This document shows, piece after piece, positions 32,482 to 43,723 of a stretch of 64,000 bases of DNA. Source of the stretch: an uncultured delta proteobacterium (GTDB lineage Bacteria; Desulfobacterota; Binatia; UBA9968); contig CAVXEP010000032.1 in NCBI GenBank assembly GCA_963760795.1, positions 288,001 through 352,000 on the forward strand. Direction: 5' to 3'. The notes under the pieces were generated by a model. The model did not search any database and had not been told where the DNA came from. It worked only from the letters and a program-made list of their open reading frames with translations. Position 1 is the first letter of the stretch; each line of letters opens with the position of its first letter. The translations under genes and the position numbers were made by a program.

Positions 32482-33372
32482 TTGGCAACTCAGTCAATGA
32501 ACCAAGATTCGCAAACTAACCTGCGCGTCACGGGGGATCACCAATTGGCCGAGGAGTGGGAACTCGTGCTGCTGACTCAGGGGCTGTCACCGATCGTTCG
32601 GCGGACACCGGATGGCGTCATTCTCAGCGTGCCGGAAGCAGAGGTAGACAGAGCGTTTGCCAGTCTCTTGGCATACGATCGCGAGAACCCGGGTAAACGA
32701 GCGGAGCGAGTCGAGCCAATGGAGTCGGGGAGCCTGGTCGCCGGCGTCGCGGTTGGGGTGACGCTGCTGATATTTTATTCCATCACGGTTCAATGGCTGG
32801 CGGCACTGTCTTGGTTTGCGCGCGGTGCCGCCAACGCCGAGCGGATACTTCAAGGTGAGCTTTGGCGGACGGTGACCGCTCTCACGCTCCATGCCGATGT
32901 TGCCCACGTATTGAGCAACGGCATCGCTGCTGGGTTATTTCTTGGTGCCGTATTTAGCATGGTGGGTGCAGGGCTCGGTGGCGCTCTCGTCCTGCTGGCC
33001 GGCGCGGGCGGCAATCTTGTCAACGCCTTGCTGCACGGTTCGGCCCATGTCTCGGTCGGCGCCTCCACGGCGGTTTTTGGCGCGGTCGGTTTGCTTGGCA
33101 GCCTCGGGCTGACACGGCGACGCCGTAACGCTTTAAGCAGGTGGCGCGCTTGGCTGCCGGTGGCCGCGGCTCTTGCCCTTCTCGGAATGCTCGGGAGTAG
33201 TGGACAGCGCGTTGATATCTGGGCTCATCTTTTCGGTCTCCTGGTTGGCGCTGTCCTTGGATTACTCATCGGTTTGATTGCGCCGCGTGCGCCCGGATTA
33301 CGTATCCAATGGGCCTGCGGCACCGTGGCAGTCGCCACGGTCATCTACTGCTGGACACTTGCGTTTCGTTGA
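32482..33372 (+). CDS. Rhomboid-family intramembrane serine protease
   Basis: WR, HADVAHVLSN, GAST (catalytic Ser), AHLFG (catalytic His). Confidence 0.88.
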   Translation: MATQSMNQDSQTNLRVTGDHQLAEEWELVLLTQGLSPIVRRTPDGVILSVPEAEVDRAFASLLAYDRENPGKRAERVEPMESGSLVAGVAVGVTLLIFYSITVQWLAALSWFARGAANAERILQGELWRTVTALTLHADVAHVLSNGIAAGLFLGAVFSMVGAGLGGALVLLAGAGGNLVNALLHGSAHVSVGASTAVFGAVGLLGSLGLTRRRRNALSRWRAWLPVAAALALLGMLGSSGQRVDIWAHLFGLLVGAVLGLLIGLIAPRAPGLRIQWACGTVAVATVIYCWTLAFR

Positions 33373-33608
33373 AACGATCAGCCAAGGGATTGGATTTTTA
33401 CCGCTCCGATTGGGAGAGGCCGGAGCTTTTTCTAACGCGCTTGGCCTTGGACTACCTTGCATGGACGTTGGGATTAGCGGACAACGTCGATGTTTTGACG
33501 GTCCTCCAGACGGCGAAATGTTCTCTGCCCGATGACACCCGCCCACGCCGAGCGCGCATAGCCAAAGGGGGGATCCAGAGTCCGATGATTTCTTTAAAGC
33601 GGTCTGGT

Positions 33609-33893
33609 TTACTGGGACTTTGACAGGGTCTGCAGCGCATTGCGCAGTGACTCCGCCCAGTTCTTGAGCGTCGACTCGCTGATCCTACCGTCCGGAGTGT
33701 TGATGCCTACGCCGTCGGTACTGATATCCAACAGAATGGCTTCCAAGTCGGCAACGATCTTGTGGTATTTGGTGTCGGATAACACTTTGTACTGTTCCGG
33801 CACCGACTTAAAGTTCTTCTTCGCCAAACCGTTTTGTTCGCTGCCTGACGGGGTTGCTGACCAGGGGGTTGTCGGGGCCATGTTCAGGGACAT
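33609..33893 (-). CDS. Hypothetical protein
   Basis: 94-aa ORF with AAGGAG RBS and an upstream sigma-54 site. Confidence 0.65.
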   Translation of the reverse strand: MSLNMAPTTPWSATPSGSEQNGLAKKNFKSVPEQYKVLSDTKYHKIVADLEAILLDISTDGVGINTPDGRISESTLKNWAESLRNALQTLSKSQ

Positions 33894-33942
33894 CTCCTTT
33901 TGCTTTTTGCTAGTCGTTTATCACTGCGCATCGGTATAACTA

Positions 33943-33958
33943 AGCAAGCCGCGCGCCA
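33943..33958 (-). promoter_or_regulatory. Sigma-54 (-24/-12) promoter
   Basis: Reverse complement TGGCGCGCGGCTTGCT, about 50 bp upstream of the ATG at 33893. Confidence 0.72.
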
Positions 33959-34241
33959 ATCTTAGCGTAAACGCCCAAGCGCATGTTTGGCTATCGATAT
34001 TACTAACTCGTGGGGTTACTTTGCGGTAAGTCACTCTAGAGTTTAGGAAAGCGACGTTAACCCGTTCCCATCCTTAGAATTTCTTCAACGTGGGGCCAGC
34101 TTGATGGCTCGCCATGGAGGCCGAGTGTGATCATTGTTGCAGAGCCTAGCGAAAAAGGGGACGTGACATGCAAGATCGGGCAGCGCACCCGCGTTCGTGG
34201 CAGCTTGGCTGTCATTCTCCTAAAAGGGGACGTTCAATAGG

Positions 34242-34598
34242 ATGGCAGATCAAGTGTACACAGCCGTTGCCGCAGAAATGATTCGTTCTGCTTACCCTGG
34301 TTTGCCCTTGGTCGATGCAGCCGCCTATCTCAAAGAGAAAGAAGATTCTCTGGTTGGCGAGGGCGTGCGGACGGTGTCGATTCTAACGATTGAAGGCGCC
34401 GCCGCCAACGAAATAATCAGCTACGCGCAGACGGCGCCGGGCGCAGTGATCGCCATGTCGACCCATGGCCGCTCCGGCATCCAACGCTGGATACTCGGCA
34501 GCGTTACCGAAAAGGTCGTGCGTCACGCCGACGATCCGGTTTTGGTGGTAGAGGTGAATGAAAACGAATGCCGGTTAGGCAAAAGCGAGCGAAACTAG
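34242..34598 (+). pseudogene. Universal stress protein domain, N-terminally truncated
   Basis: IAMSTHGRSGIQRWILGSVTEKVVRHADDPVLVV present; first beta-strand motif not seen. Confidence 0.7.
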
Positions 34599-34781
34599 CG
34601 GCTCCGTCGATCCTGATGCGATGATGTGATTGCTTGCTGACGCGGCAGTGGCTGCTCCGTAGTTGTGATCCACCGTCGGGTGCTTCAAGATAAAACTAAA
34701 AAATTAGATCACTTAACTCATATAATGTTAAGTAAGTGTGTCATTTAGAAACAACCGCCGCTTGATTTTCGTCGCTGCCGT

Positions 34782-35856
34782 CTATTTCTCTCGCGGATCC
34801 TGCAGCTTCTTGTCCGGCGCGTGATAATCACCGGTGCGAATAAGTTTTACCATGTTGGCGAGCGCTAGCGCGGCGTTGCTCACTTCGGCGAATAAGGCCT
34901 TTGTCGAGATCGTCGTGACTGGTGGCGTAGGGTTGGTACCAGCCGACCCAAGTATCGATCAGCGCCGTCGGACCCGCCGGAACCATTTCCATATCGGTGA
35001 GCCAATCGGTCAACATGCGGCGGAGATTTTCCGGGCCGGCGGCGTCGCCATGGGCGATGACCGAGAACGCACCGCCGGCGAGATGCTTGGGATAGCTCCA
35101 GCCTTTGAGCTCAAGCTGTTTTGCCAATCGCGGATTTTTTCCTTTCGTGGTCGTCGGATCGGGATTACCGCCGTCGGCGCACACGAGCCTATCGATCATC
35201 AGCTTCAAACTCGCCGGAGCCTGATACCAATGCACCGGACAGAGGATCATCACACCGTGGGCGGCCGCCCAGCGCGGATAAATTTCGTTCATCCAGTCAT
35301 TGACCTGACCCATGGCGTGGTTGGGATAACAGGAGCAGGGCCAATGGCAGAGCGGCTGCGCCGTCGACACGCACGCCTTGCACGGGAAAATAGTTTTGTA
35401 GGGCTCGTCGGCGAGGGTCGAAATATCGAGAAAGTCGACCTCGAAGCCGCGCAGGGATTCAATGGTTTTTTGCGCTTGCTGCGCCAAGCGGCGGGTTTTG
35501 GAAATTTCACCTGGACAGGTGTGTTCGCTGCGGGTCGAGCCGTTGACGATCAATACCCGCGACGCCGATTTCCGATCTCTATGGCGTTTCTCGGCTGCGT
35601 GAATCTTGACGCGGGTGTCAAGCCATTCAATCGGCAGCTCGAATTTAGGATCGGCAAAGCCTTTACCCGCGGGTTGCTTGCGCGGTGACTTACGGTAGCC
35701 AATGTAGCCGTCCCAAGCTTTCTCGAAAACCTTCTCCAGTTCTGGCTTTACTTCGTCGAAGGCCGGGTCGTAGAAGCGCGCCAAGAAGCGCTCGCGAAAC
35801 TGCGCTTTGGTCAATGGCACATACTTGATCTGACGGCGCACGGTCGGTTTAGCCAC
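34782..35856 (-). CDS. Flavodoxin-fold / NADPH-dependent FMN reductase family protein with Cys cluster (frameshift near 34900)
   Basis: NGSTR, CKACVSTAQPLCHWPCSC, PVHWY, LKLMIDRL; corrected end ...DPREK*. Confidence 0.82.
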
Positions 35857-36003
35857 GGTTTTCCTCCGTTAGTAAGATTAATTGCCAGTTCGCGCGCTTG
35901 GGTTGAAACGATTGCCGGTCGCGGCGGTTGGCAAATAACCTAAGCCGAGCAGAAGCCCGCGCATGAATGGGAGATTAATTTAGCATCGAGATGACACCAT
36001 TCT

Positions 36004-36552
36004 TTAGCGAACGCTGGCGGGATTCTTGGCCTCCTGCGGAAACCAGCCGCCAAGCCGGTGATAGGCCTTCAAATAGCTGATTTGGCCTTGATTGGTCATG
36101 GCATTCTCCAGCACGCTGACAAGGCGTACGGCGACTGTCGGCAGCGGTTGAAACCGGGGCTCGTCGAGCTGCCGCGCTAGCTCTTCGGGGGATAACGTTT
36201 CTAGGTACGACTTCATTTGCGCGTAAGCCGCATCGTGATACGCCAGTAGCAGTTCCGCTGAGGCGCGAAAGACTCGCACTTGCTCGCGTGTGTGGGTGGC
36301 TGATCGGCCAAAATCGGCGGGCAAAGGCGGCATGCCGAATCGAGCGGCCCAACCATCGCCGATCCAAAGTTGCTCGCGGCCGGAAAGCCGCGACACGTTG
36401 CTGTCCATGACGCGGCTAATCCGCCAGGCAAGCCAGCCGATGGGCGGTTGCGGCTCTTGAACTAGTTCCGCTTCGGTGAGATCGGCCAAGGTGCGGTGCA
36501 GCGATTCGTAAACCCGTGTGAAGGCGTCCAGTAAAACATCAGATTCCGCCAT
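36004..36552 (-). CDS. DinB/DUF664-like protein
   Basis: IGWLAW, W..GW..RFG, RLVSV...GQISYL pattern. Confidence 0.75.
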   Translation of the reverse strand: MAESDVLLDAFTRVYESLHRTLADLTEAELVQEPQPPIGWLAWRISRVMDSNVSRLSGREQLWIGDGWAARFGMPPLPADFGRSATHTREQVRVFRASAELLLAYHDAAYAQMKSYLETLSPEELARQLDEPRFQPLPTVAVRLVSVLENAMTNQGQISYLKAYHRLGGWFPQEAKNPASVR

Positions 36553-36629
36553 GGCAAGTCACCTTTCCGCTAAAAAGCTTCCGCCTGATGGTCCGTCGGA
36601 TCAGATCATCACCGGAGGGACAGGCAGGG

Positions 36630-38260
36630 TTACTGCATGAGTTGATCGATCACGATATCCGCGTTCTTCACGCCCACCTCCGCGGGATTTTTCTTGTACT
36701 CTCCGGTCATGTCGCCGGCGCCGCGGCTGGTCGGGTTGCCGTCCTTGTCTAAACGGACGGTGAGGTTGATCTTGCCGGTGAACGGCGTGCCTTGCATCAT
36801 GACGTTTTCTTGGCTGAGGGAGTATTGCAGTGGGAACGTTGGCTTGTCGATTTTCTTGACGGCTAGCGGTGGGCCGCCGGGGCTGCCGGCGGGTCTGGCG
36901 ATGATAAAAAGCGCGGCTTGGGGATCGATCTTATCTTTTAGCTTTGCATCGACGGTGATTGTGCCGGAGATGGTTTGGCCCGACCCCGACGGTTGCAGCT
37001 GGCGGTGTCGTTTTCGGCGCAGCGCCGGCGGCTGGGATTTCGGCGAGCACCTTGGTGATTTCGTTTCGTTCTTCGCCGGGGGCACGAGTTGTCAAGAGTC
37101 GCTCAAAAATTTCTCGAGCGCCGGCGAAATCTTTTTTGTCCTGGTACAGCACCATGCCTTTGCCCCACAACGCCATGGGAAAGTTGGGCGCGCGCGCAAG
37201 GGCTTTATCGAAAGCCATGAGCGCGCCGTCGCCATGGCCAGCCTGCATGAGAATGAAACCCATGTAGCTATGCGCCTCGGGATGAGCCGGATCGGCACCG
37301 AGGACTTTCTTGAAAGCCTCGATGGCCTTGGGAAATTCCTGGCGTTGAAATGCTTGTTTGCCTTCGGCCATGGCTGCGCCTGCCGCACCACTCATGGGCG
37401 TCGTGCCGGTCATGAAATCACCGGTCATGGTGTCGCCTTCGCCCTGGCGCGGGCGGATCGATTGGGTCAGCATGACGCCAAGGGTGAGACCGAAGAGCAG
37501 GAGAAACACGCCGCCGCCGATCAGTTGCCAGCGCTTGAAACGGCTTTGCCCAACCGTGTCTTTCTGCGCCTTAGCCCTCATGTCTGGCGGCTTTACTTTC
37601 GGCGCCGGGGGCAGGAGGCTTAGTTGTTGCAGCACACTGACACCTTTGCTTTCAATCTCTTGTCGCAGTTGCGTGTAATCGGCCTGCGACAATTTGCCGG
37701 ATTGAAAATCGAACTCCAACTCGTTCAGTTCGTCGCGCACATGGCCGCGCCCGCGCAGCAGTTGGGCGCGCTCGGTCTCGTCTTCGATATCCGGCAACTG
37801 GAATTCTTGCCGCAGCGAGTCACGCTGTGCTTTGGTTCGCGGCCACGCTTTCGCGGGTTGGAACTTCGGCGGGTGGTTTTTTTTTCGTCCAGCGGCGAAT
37901 GAACCACAGCGCGGCAATAATACCGCAAACGAGTACGACGTAGGGCAATATCCACAGCAGCGCGCTGACGCCGGTGGTTTTGGGTCTGAGCAAGACCCAA
38001 TCGCCGTATTTGGAGACGAAGAATTCTTTGATCTGCTCGGTGCTCTTGCCCGCTTGGACTTGCTCGCGGACGATGGCGCGCATCTGCTGGGCCATCTCCG
38101 ACGGCGAGTCGGCGACGGAAAGATTTTGACAGACGACGCAGCGCAGTTCGGTTGAGATCTCCCGGGTGCGGTCTTCGATCTCGTCGTTGGACGCCGCATG
38201 GAGCGGTTGGAGGAACACGACCCAGAACAGACAAATGAGCAACAACTTAAGATAGCGCAT
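36630..38260 (-). CDS. ccmH: Fused CcmH/CcmI (CycL-CycH) cytochrome c maturation protein with TPRs (frameshifted)
   Basis: LRCVVCQN and YGDWVLLRP, then ELEFDFQSGKL, TPRs and a C-terminal PPLAVKK domain in successive frames. Confidence 0.85.
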
Positions 38261-38265
38261 CGTCG

Positions 38266-38832
38266 TCAGCGCGCTCCCTGATAATCGCCGCGGCCCTCCT
38301 GGGCGCTGGCGATGCCTTTGGCCGCTTCGTCGAGTTTGGTCAACACCAGCGCGGCGCGGATGGCGCCGACATGCTTATAGGTAATGCGACCCTGCGGGTC
38401 GATGAAAAAACTTTCCGGGATGCCCCAGGTGCCGTAGTCGACGGCGATCTTGCCGGACTCGTCACGGCCGTTGGGATAGGTGACATTGAATTCTTGCAAA
38501 AAGGCTTTGGCGTTGTCGTCGAGATCCTGCAAGGCGACGCCGAGAAACACCATGTTCTTGTCTTTGACCCTTTGCCAGGCCGCTTCGAGATCACGGGCTT
38601 CGGCGCGGCAGGGCGCACACCACGACGCCCAGAAATTTAGAAACAGCGCCTTGCCGCGGTAATCTTCCAGCGTAACCTTCCTGCCGTCATAAAGGGTGAC
38701 CGAGAACGGCGTCGCCGGTTTGGCCAGCAGCGGCGACTTGATGTACTTGGCGTCGCGGGTAAAGCCGAACGCCAACAGCGCCAAGATTGGCGCGATGATG
38801 GCGACTGTGATGATTAAGCGACGTACGGGCAT
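38266..38832 (-). CDS. ccmG: CcmG/DsbE thioredoxin-like thiol:disulfide interchange protein
   Basis: NFWASWCAPC and GIPESF motifs, N-terminal anchor. Confidence 0.88.
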   Translation of the reverse strand: MPVRRLIITVAIIAPILALLAFGFTRDAKYIKSPLLAKPATPFSVTLYDGRKVTLEDYRGKALFLNFWASWCAPCRAEARDLEAAWQRVKDKNMVFLGVALQDLDDNAKAFLQEFNVTYPNGRDESGKIAVDYGTWGIPESFFIDPQGRITYKHVGAIRAALVLTKLDEAAKGIASAQEGRGDYQGAR

Positions 38833-38887
38833 GGGCAATTCCAAATTGCAAATTCAAAATTACAGACAAACTGTGGGGCGGGCATGG

Positions 38888-40853
38888 TCAGTCTTCTTGC
38901 AGTTTGGCTTTTCCCATGGGGATCAGGCAGATGATCGTGCCAAAGGCGATGACGAAACCGCCGATCCACATCCAGATCACCAGCGGGCGAACCAGGACTT
39001 TGAGCGTGGCTTGGTTGCGGTTCACTTCACTGAAGCCGGAGAGGATCAAATAAATATCTTCGCTCAAGCTGCTCTGATGGACGGCGCGGCCGATGGGGGA
39101 CTGCTGGGTTGGAAAGAATTTTAGCGCCGGGGTAACGATGCCTTCGTCGCTGCCATTGTGAAACACGCGAAAGGCTCCTTCGACGCGGAAATGCGTCGGC
39201 TGCTGCGAGCCCTTGAGCCCTTCGAATTGCACCTTGTAGTTGCCGATATCGAGGGATTGTCCGACCGCGAGCGTAGCGTCTTTTTCACTGCTGTAGGTCA
39301 TCGAGCCGGCGATGCCCATCATGATCAAGACCACGCCGAGATGGACCACCAGGCCGCCGTAGCGCCGTTGGTTGCGCCGCGTCAGGGTAATCAGGCCGCG
39401 CAGGATACCTTCGCCGGCGATGCGCTTGCGTGCGCGCAGCGCGAGGGCGGTGTCATAAAGGATCGAGGACACGACGAAGGCGAGTAGGGTAAAGCCCAAA
39501 AGCGGCAGAAAGTCTTTCACCTTCCAAACAAATAACAACAAACCGAAGGCTAGCGAGCGTAGCGGCGGGCCAGAGAAAGTTCCGTCTGTAGATTATCCCA
39601 TGAGGCGCGCCGCCAAGCGATCATCGGTCCGACCCCCATGAGAAATACTAGGACGAGAAACAACGGCACCGTGACCGAGTTGAAATAGGGCGCGCCGACG
39701 CTCACCTGAGTGCCGGCGACGGCTTCGGAGATCAGCGGAAAGATCGTGCCGAGAAAGATCGTGAACAGCGCCGACACCAATACGATGTTGTTGAGCAAGA
39801 AGGCCGACTCACGGCTGACCATGGAATCGAGCTCGGGCTGTTCTTTCAATAGATCGGCGCGGTAAGCGAGCAGGCCGAAGGAGCCTAATAAAATAAACGC
39901 CAGAAAATCCAAGAAAGAAACCGCCCACCGGGCCCGATGAAAAAGCATGGATCGATGAAATGATTCCCGAGCGGGTGAGAAATGTGCCGAAGATGGTCAG
40001 GCTGAAGGCGACGATGATCAGCGCCAGATTCCACACTTTGAGCATGCGCCGGCGCTCTTGAACTTGGATCGAATGCAAAAAGGCGGTGGCCGGCAGCCAG
40101 GGCATGAAGGCGGCGTTCTCCACTGGGTCCCAGGCCCAATAACCGCCCCAGCCGAGCACATGGTAGGACCACCAGGCGCCGACGAGATTTCCCGCCGTCA
40201 AAAAAAACCACGCGGTGATCGTCCAGCGACGGGTGCTGACCATCCAGGCATCATCCAACTTGCCGACGATCAACGCCGCCATGGCAAAGGCAAAGGGTAC
40301 CGTGAGACCGACGAACCCGGTGTAGAGCAGCGGCGGGTGGGTCATCATGTTGGCGTCTTCGAGGAGCGGGTTCAAGACCGCGGCCGTCGAGCGGGATCGG
40401 AAATACGGTTTCAAAGGGATTGGACAAGAAACCGATGACGCCAAGAAAGAACGCCGAGACGATGGAAAAGATCATGATCACCCAGGGCATCATCTCATGG
40501 TGGCGCTGGCGGTAGACCCAAGCGACGATGCCGGCGAAGATGATCAGTATCCATTCCCAGAGCAAGAGCGAGCCTTCAAGCGCGCCCCACAGTCCGGTGA
40601 CGCGATAGTAGACCGGCGTCGCACGGGTGGTGTTGAAGGCGACGTACTTGATCGAGAAGTCGGTGGCGATCAGACCATAGATCAGGGCGACAGCGGCTAC
40701 TGTGACGAAAACAAATTGGCCCAAGATCGCGTAGCCCGCCACCATGCGAAAGCGATCTCCCGCCGAGCGCGCGGCAACGATCGGACTCATGATCCCAATC
40801 AGCGCCGCGACGAAAGCGATGAGGATCGAGCTATGACCGATGCTCGCGGTCAC
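38888..40853 (-). CDS. ccmF: Cytochrome c heme lyase CcmF (several frameshifts)
   Basis: WGALEGS, LNPLL, HPP, WGGYWAWDPVEN, RSG..SIHAF, YGGLVVHLG; GTG start overlaps the ccmE stop. Confidence 0.92.
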
Positions 40854-41294
40854 TTGGCGCCGGTTTCCTGGGCGGGAATAAAACTTTTGTTGGCGGTGCT
40901 TGCCGTCGGCGTGGGGACTATAGTCTTCGGCATGCTTGGCCATGATCGTGGTGGCGTGGAACACGCCGTCGCTTTCGACCCGGCCTTCGACCACGGCGCC
41001 TTTGCCTTCAACGAACAGATCCGGCGGCACGCCTTTGAAATAGACCGGGAAGCTGGCGCCGCCGTCGGTGATTTGGAATTTGTAGGTGAGATTTTGCAAA
41101 TCTTTTTCCATTGAGCCTTTGACCACCATGCCGCCCATGCGCACGAACTTGCCCTTCAGCGCGCTTTCTTCGGCGCGCAGTTCCGACGGCATCTTGAAAT
41201 AAACCAGCGCCTGCTGCATGCCACCGTAGATGATGTAGGCGAGCGCGGCGAGTATGATGACACCGCCGATTAAAAATCTTTTACCCTTTGTCAT
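40850..41294 (-). CDS. ccmE: Heme chaperone CcmE (an indel near 40900 artificially fuses it to ccmF)
   Basis: RMGGMV, PDLFVEG, AKHAEDY (HxxxY). Confidence 0.9.
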
Positions 41295-41436
41295 GGCTAT
41301 TCACTGCCTCCGAGGACTTTAACCGGTTGAGCTCCGCTTCGGCCTGACGATAACGGCGCTTCAATAGGAACCAATACAGGACGATGACGCCACAAACAAT
41401 TCCATACGCCAATGAAACAAATCCCCAGGGTCCCAT
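41281..41436 (-). CDS. ccmD: Heme exporter protein D
   Basis: Manual translation MGPWGFVSLAYGIVCGVIVLYWFLLKRRYRQAEAELNRLK... (51 aa, below the ORF-track cutoff), between ccmC and ccmE. Confidence 0.8.
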   Translation of the reverse strand: MGPWGFVSLAYGIVCGVIVLYWFLLKRRYRQAEAELNRLKSSEAVNSHDKG

Positions 41437-42143
41437 CAAGCACCTCGCTCCAGGCGCAACGCTTTGATCTCATGGCGCATCTCGCCGACCCGATAGCGTA
41501 GCGACAGCAGGTAGAAATAGAGCAGGAGGAAGCCGACAAAACTGATGGCCAGGGCGGTCAGCATGGCGGGATGGACGTTTTCCCAAGGCTTTTTGTCAGG
41601 CCGCAGGATCGACGGTGGCTGATGCAGCGTGCGCCACCAGTAGACCGACATGTGGATCAGCGGGATGTCGAGGAAACCGATAATGCCCAAAATCGCCGCC
41701 GCCGAGGCGGCGCGCTGCTCATCGTCGATCAACGAACGGAGCATCAAATAACCAGCGTAAATCAGCAGCAGGATTGCCGTCAAAGTGAGCCGGGCATCCC
41801 ATGTCCACCAGACACCCCAGGTCGGTTTGCCCCAGATCGAGCCTTCGACGATGGTGAGGGCGGTAAACAGAACGCCTAATTCGGCGGCGGCGTGGGCGAG
41901 CAGGTCGTCTTTCTTCTCGCGCTTCCACAGATACATGCCGCTACCGATGAAGACGAGAAAATAGGAAAGATAGGCGGTCAAAATGCTCGGCAGGTGGAGG
42001 TACATGATGCGCTGCACTTCGCCCTGATAGGCGTCGGGCGGTGCTATGAACAAACTCCAGCAAAGTCCGGCTATGATGGCTAGCAATGCTACGCCGCCGA
42101 GGATGCCTTTGCGTTTCTTTACCGCCGCCGTGGACTGCGCCAT
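41436..42143 (-). CDS. ccmC: Heme exporter protein C
   Basis: RIMYLHLP, WGKPTWGVWWTWDARLT, WWRTLHQ. Confidence 0.93.
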   Translation of the reverse strand: MAQSTAAVKKRKGILGGVALLAIIAGLCWSLFIAPPDAYQGEVQRIMYLHLPSILTAYLSYFLVFIGSGMYLWKREKKDDLLAHAAAELGVLFTALTIVEGSIWGKPTWGVWWTWDARLTLTAILLLIYAGYLMLRSLIDDEQRAASAAAILGIIGFLDIPLIHMSVYWWRTLHQPPSILRPDKKPWENVHPAMLTALAISFVGFLLLYFYLLSLRYRVGEMRHEIKALRLERGA

Positions 42144-42145
42144 GA

Positions 42146-42823
42146 TTAGCTTTCGATCACCCAATCGAAGATCAAAATCCCGATGGTCAAAAAAATGACA
42201 TCGAAGCCGATGAGCAGCCGCAGCCATGGCATGGCTTCCATCATGCCGCCAGTTCTCATGATGCTTTCCATGCAACGAATGGTGGCGAGGATTACCGGAA
42301 TCATCAAGGGAAACAAGACCAGGGGCAAAAGCAGTTCGCGCGCCCGGGCGCGCAACGTGATCGCGGCCGTAATCGTGCCTAAAACGCAAAAGCCCACGGT
42401 GCCCAGTAAAGTTACCAAAAAGAGTTGCGGTAGCAAGTTCCAGGCGGACAAGTTGAACAAGACCCAGAACAGCGGGAGGACCACCAGTTCGACGACAAAC
42501 ATCAGGACGAAATTAAAACCGGTCTTGGCCAAAAACAACGCGCCGCGGTCGAGCGGCGACAACAGCAATGCGTCCAAGCAATGATTGTCTCGTTCGGCTT
42601 GAAACAGCTGCGCTAAGCCCAAAGTTCCGGTAAACAAAAATGCCAACCAGAGAAGCGCCGGCGCCAGCTCGGCAATCTTGTCCGGCGGCAAATCGAAGGC
42701 GAAGTGAAAGACGAACAAGAGCAGCGTGCCGAAAAAAAACATCGTCAACAGGCTATCGCGCCGGCGCAGCTCGATCAGCAAATCTTTCGACAACAGCAAG
42801 TAGGTCTGTCTGAGCAGGGTCAT
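42146..42823 (-). CDS. ccmB: Heme exporter protein B
   Basis: KDLLIELR, FQAERDN, LLPLVLFPL. Confidence 0.92.
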   Translation of the reverse strand: MTLLRQTYLLLSKDLLIELRRRDSLLTMFFFGTLLLFVFHFAFDLPPDKIAELAPALLWLAFLFTGTLGLAQLFQAERDNHCLDALLLSPLDRGALFLAKTGFNFVLMFVVELVVLPLFWVLFNLSAWNLLPQLFLVTLLGTVGFCVLGTITAAITLRARARELLLPLVLFPLMIPVILATIRCMESIMRTGGMMEAMPWLRLLIGFDVIFLTIGILIFDWVIES

Positions 42824-43527
42824 AGGCCGCCGCGCGGTAAAAATTCGCCAAAGGCGCGCTCGAAACTTGGCCAGGGGCTCTGCTTGGCTTGGTCAAAACT
42901 CAACCGTCCCTGATGCAGCACCAGGGCGCGGCTGCACAGGTTCAAGGCGCGCGACACATGATGGGACGCCATGATGACGATATGACCCTTGGCGCATTGC
43001 TGCCGTAAGAATTCCTCTAACAGATCGACACCGCTGCCATCGAGGACGCCGTAGGGTTCGTCGAGGAGGAGTAAGCCGGGTTCGAGCAAGCGCCATTTGG
43101 CGATGGACAGGCGGCATTTCATGCCGGCGGAAAGGTTGCCGGCGAATTCATCGGCACGCTCAGCCAGACCGACTTCTTTCAATGCCGCCGCCAACCCATT
43201 CTCTTGGTGCTCTTTGCCATAAAGCGCTGTGAAGAATCGTAGGTTTTCTAAAACCGTAAGTTGATCGTAAAGATGGTCGGCAGGGGCGAGTAGACCGATT
43301 TGGCCGCGCAGAGTGGCGGAATTTGCAGCGAGGGTTTTGCCGTCGAGCTCGATGGTCCCGGCCGTGGGCGTGGACAGGCCGGCCAGGAGTTTCAGTAGCG
43401 TCGTCTTGCCGGCGCCGTTGGGGCCGAGCAGGGCGATGAACTCGCCGGCCACGAATTCAAGATCAAGGGGGCGCAGCGCCCACAAGTAGCCATAGGCTTT
43501 GGCGAGTTGGTTAACGATGAGGCGCAA
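42820..43527 (-). CDS. ccmA: Heme ABC exporter ATPase
   Basis: GPNGAGKTT, LSAGM, LLDEP; first gene of the ccm operon. Confidence 0.9.
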   Translation of the reverse strand: MRLIVNQLAKAYGYLWALRPLDLEFVAGEFIALLGPNGAGKTTLLKLLAGLSTPTAGTIELDGKTLAANSATLRGQIGLLAPADHLYDQLTVLENLRFFTALYGKEHQENGLAAALKEVGLAERADEFAGNLSAGMKCRLSIAKWRLLEPGLLLLDEPYGVLDGSGVDLLEEFLRQQCAKGHIVIMASHHVSRALNLCSRALVLHQGRLSFDQAKQSPWPSFERAFGEFLPRGGL

Positions 43528-43723
43528 GTGTCGATCCCAAGTTTCAATCCATGGAAGCCCGGCGAGATTCGCTTCGCTCTGCGAGCGGCTCGACTATAGT
43601 GAGCGTCAGTGCTGGATTCAAGCAGCGAGATAATATTGTTTCTTTTGGTCATTTGGTTGACTTTTTAAGGCGGAGACCACTATGTAAATAGGCAATTCAA
43701 TACGCGCAAAATAGGAGGAATCA

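Noticed and set aside
34152-34233. Direct repeat AAAAGGGGACGT occurring twice upstream of the Usp fragment
   Set aside because: Only two 12-bp copies with no further structure; could be an operator or a scar but cannot be supported.
40251-41294. Apparent CcmE-CcmF fusion protein (347-aa ORF)
   Set aside because: Removing one base near 40900 restores a normal ccmE ending ...QETGAK* whose TGA overlaps the GTG start of ccmF.
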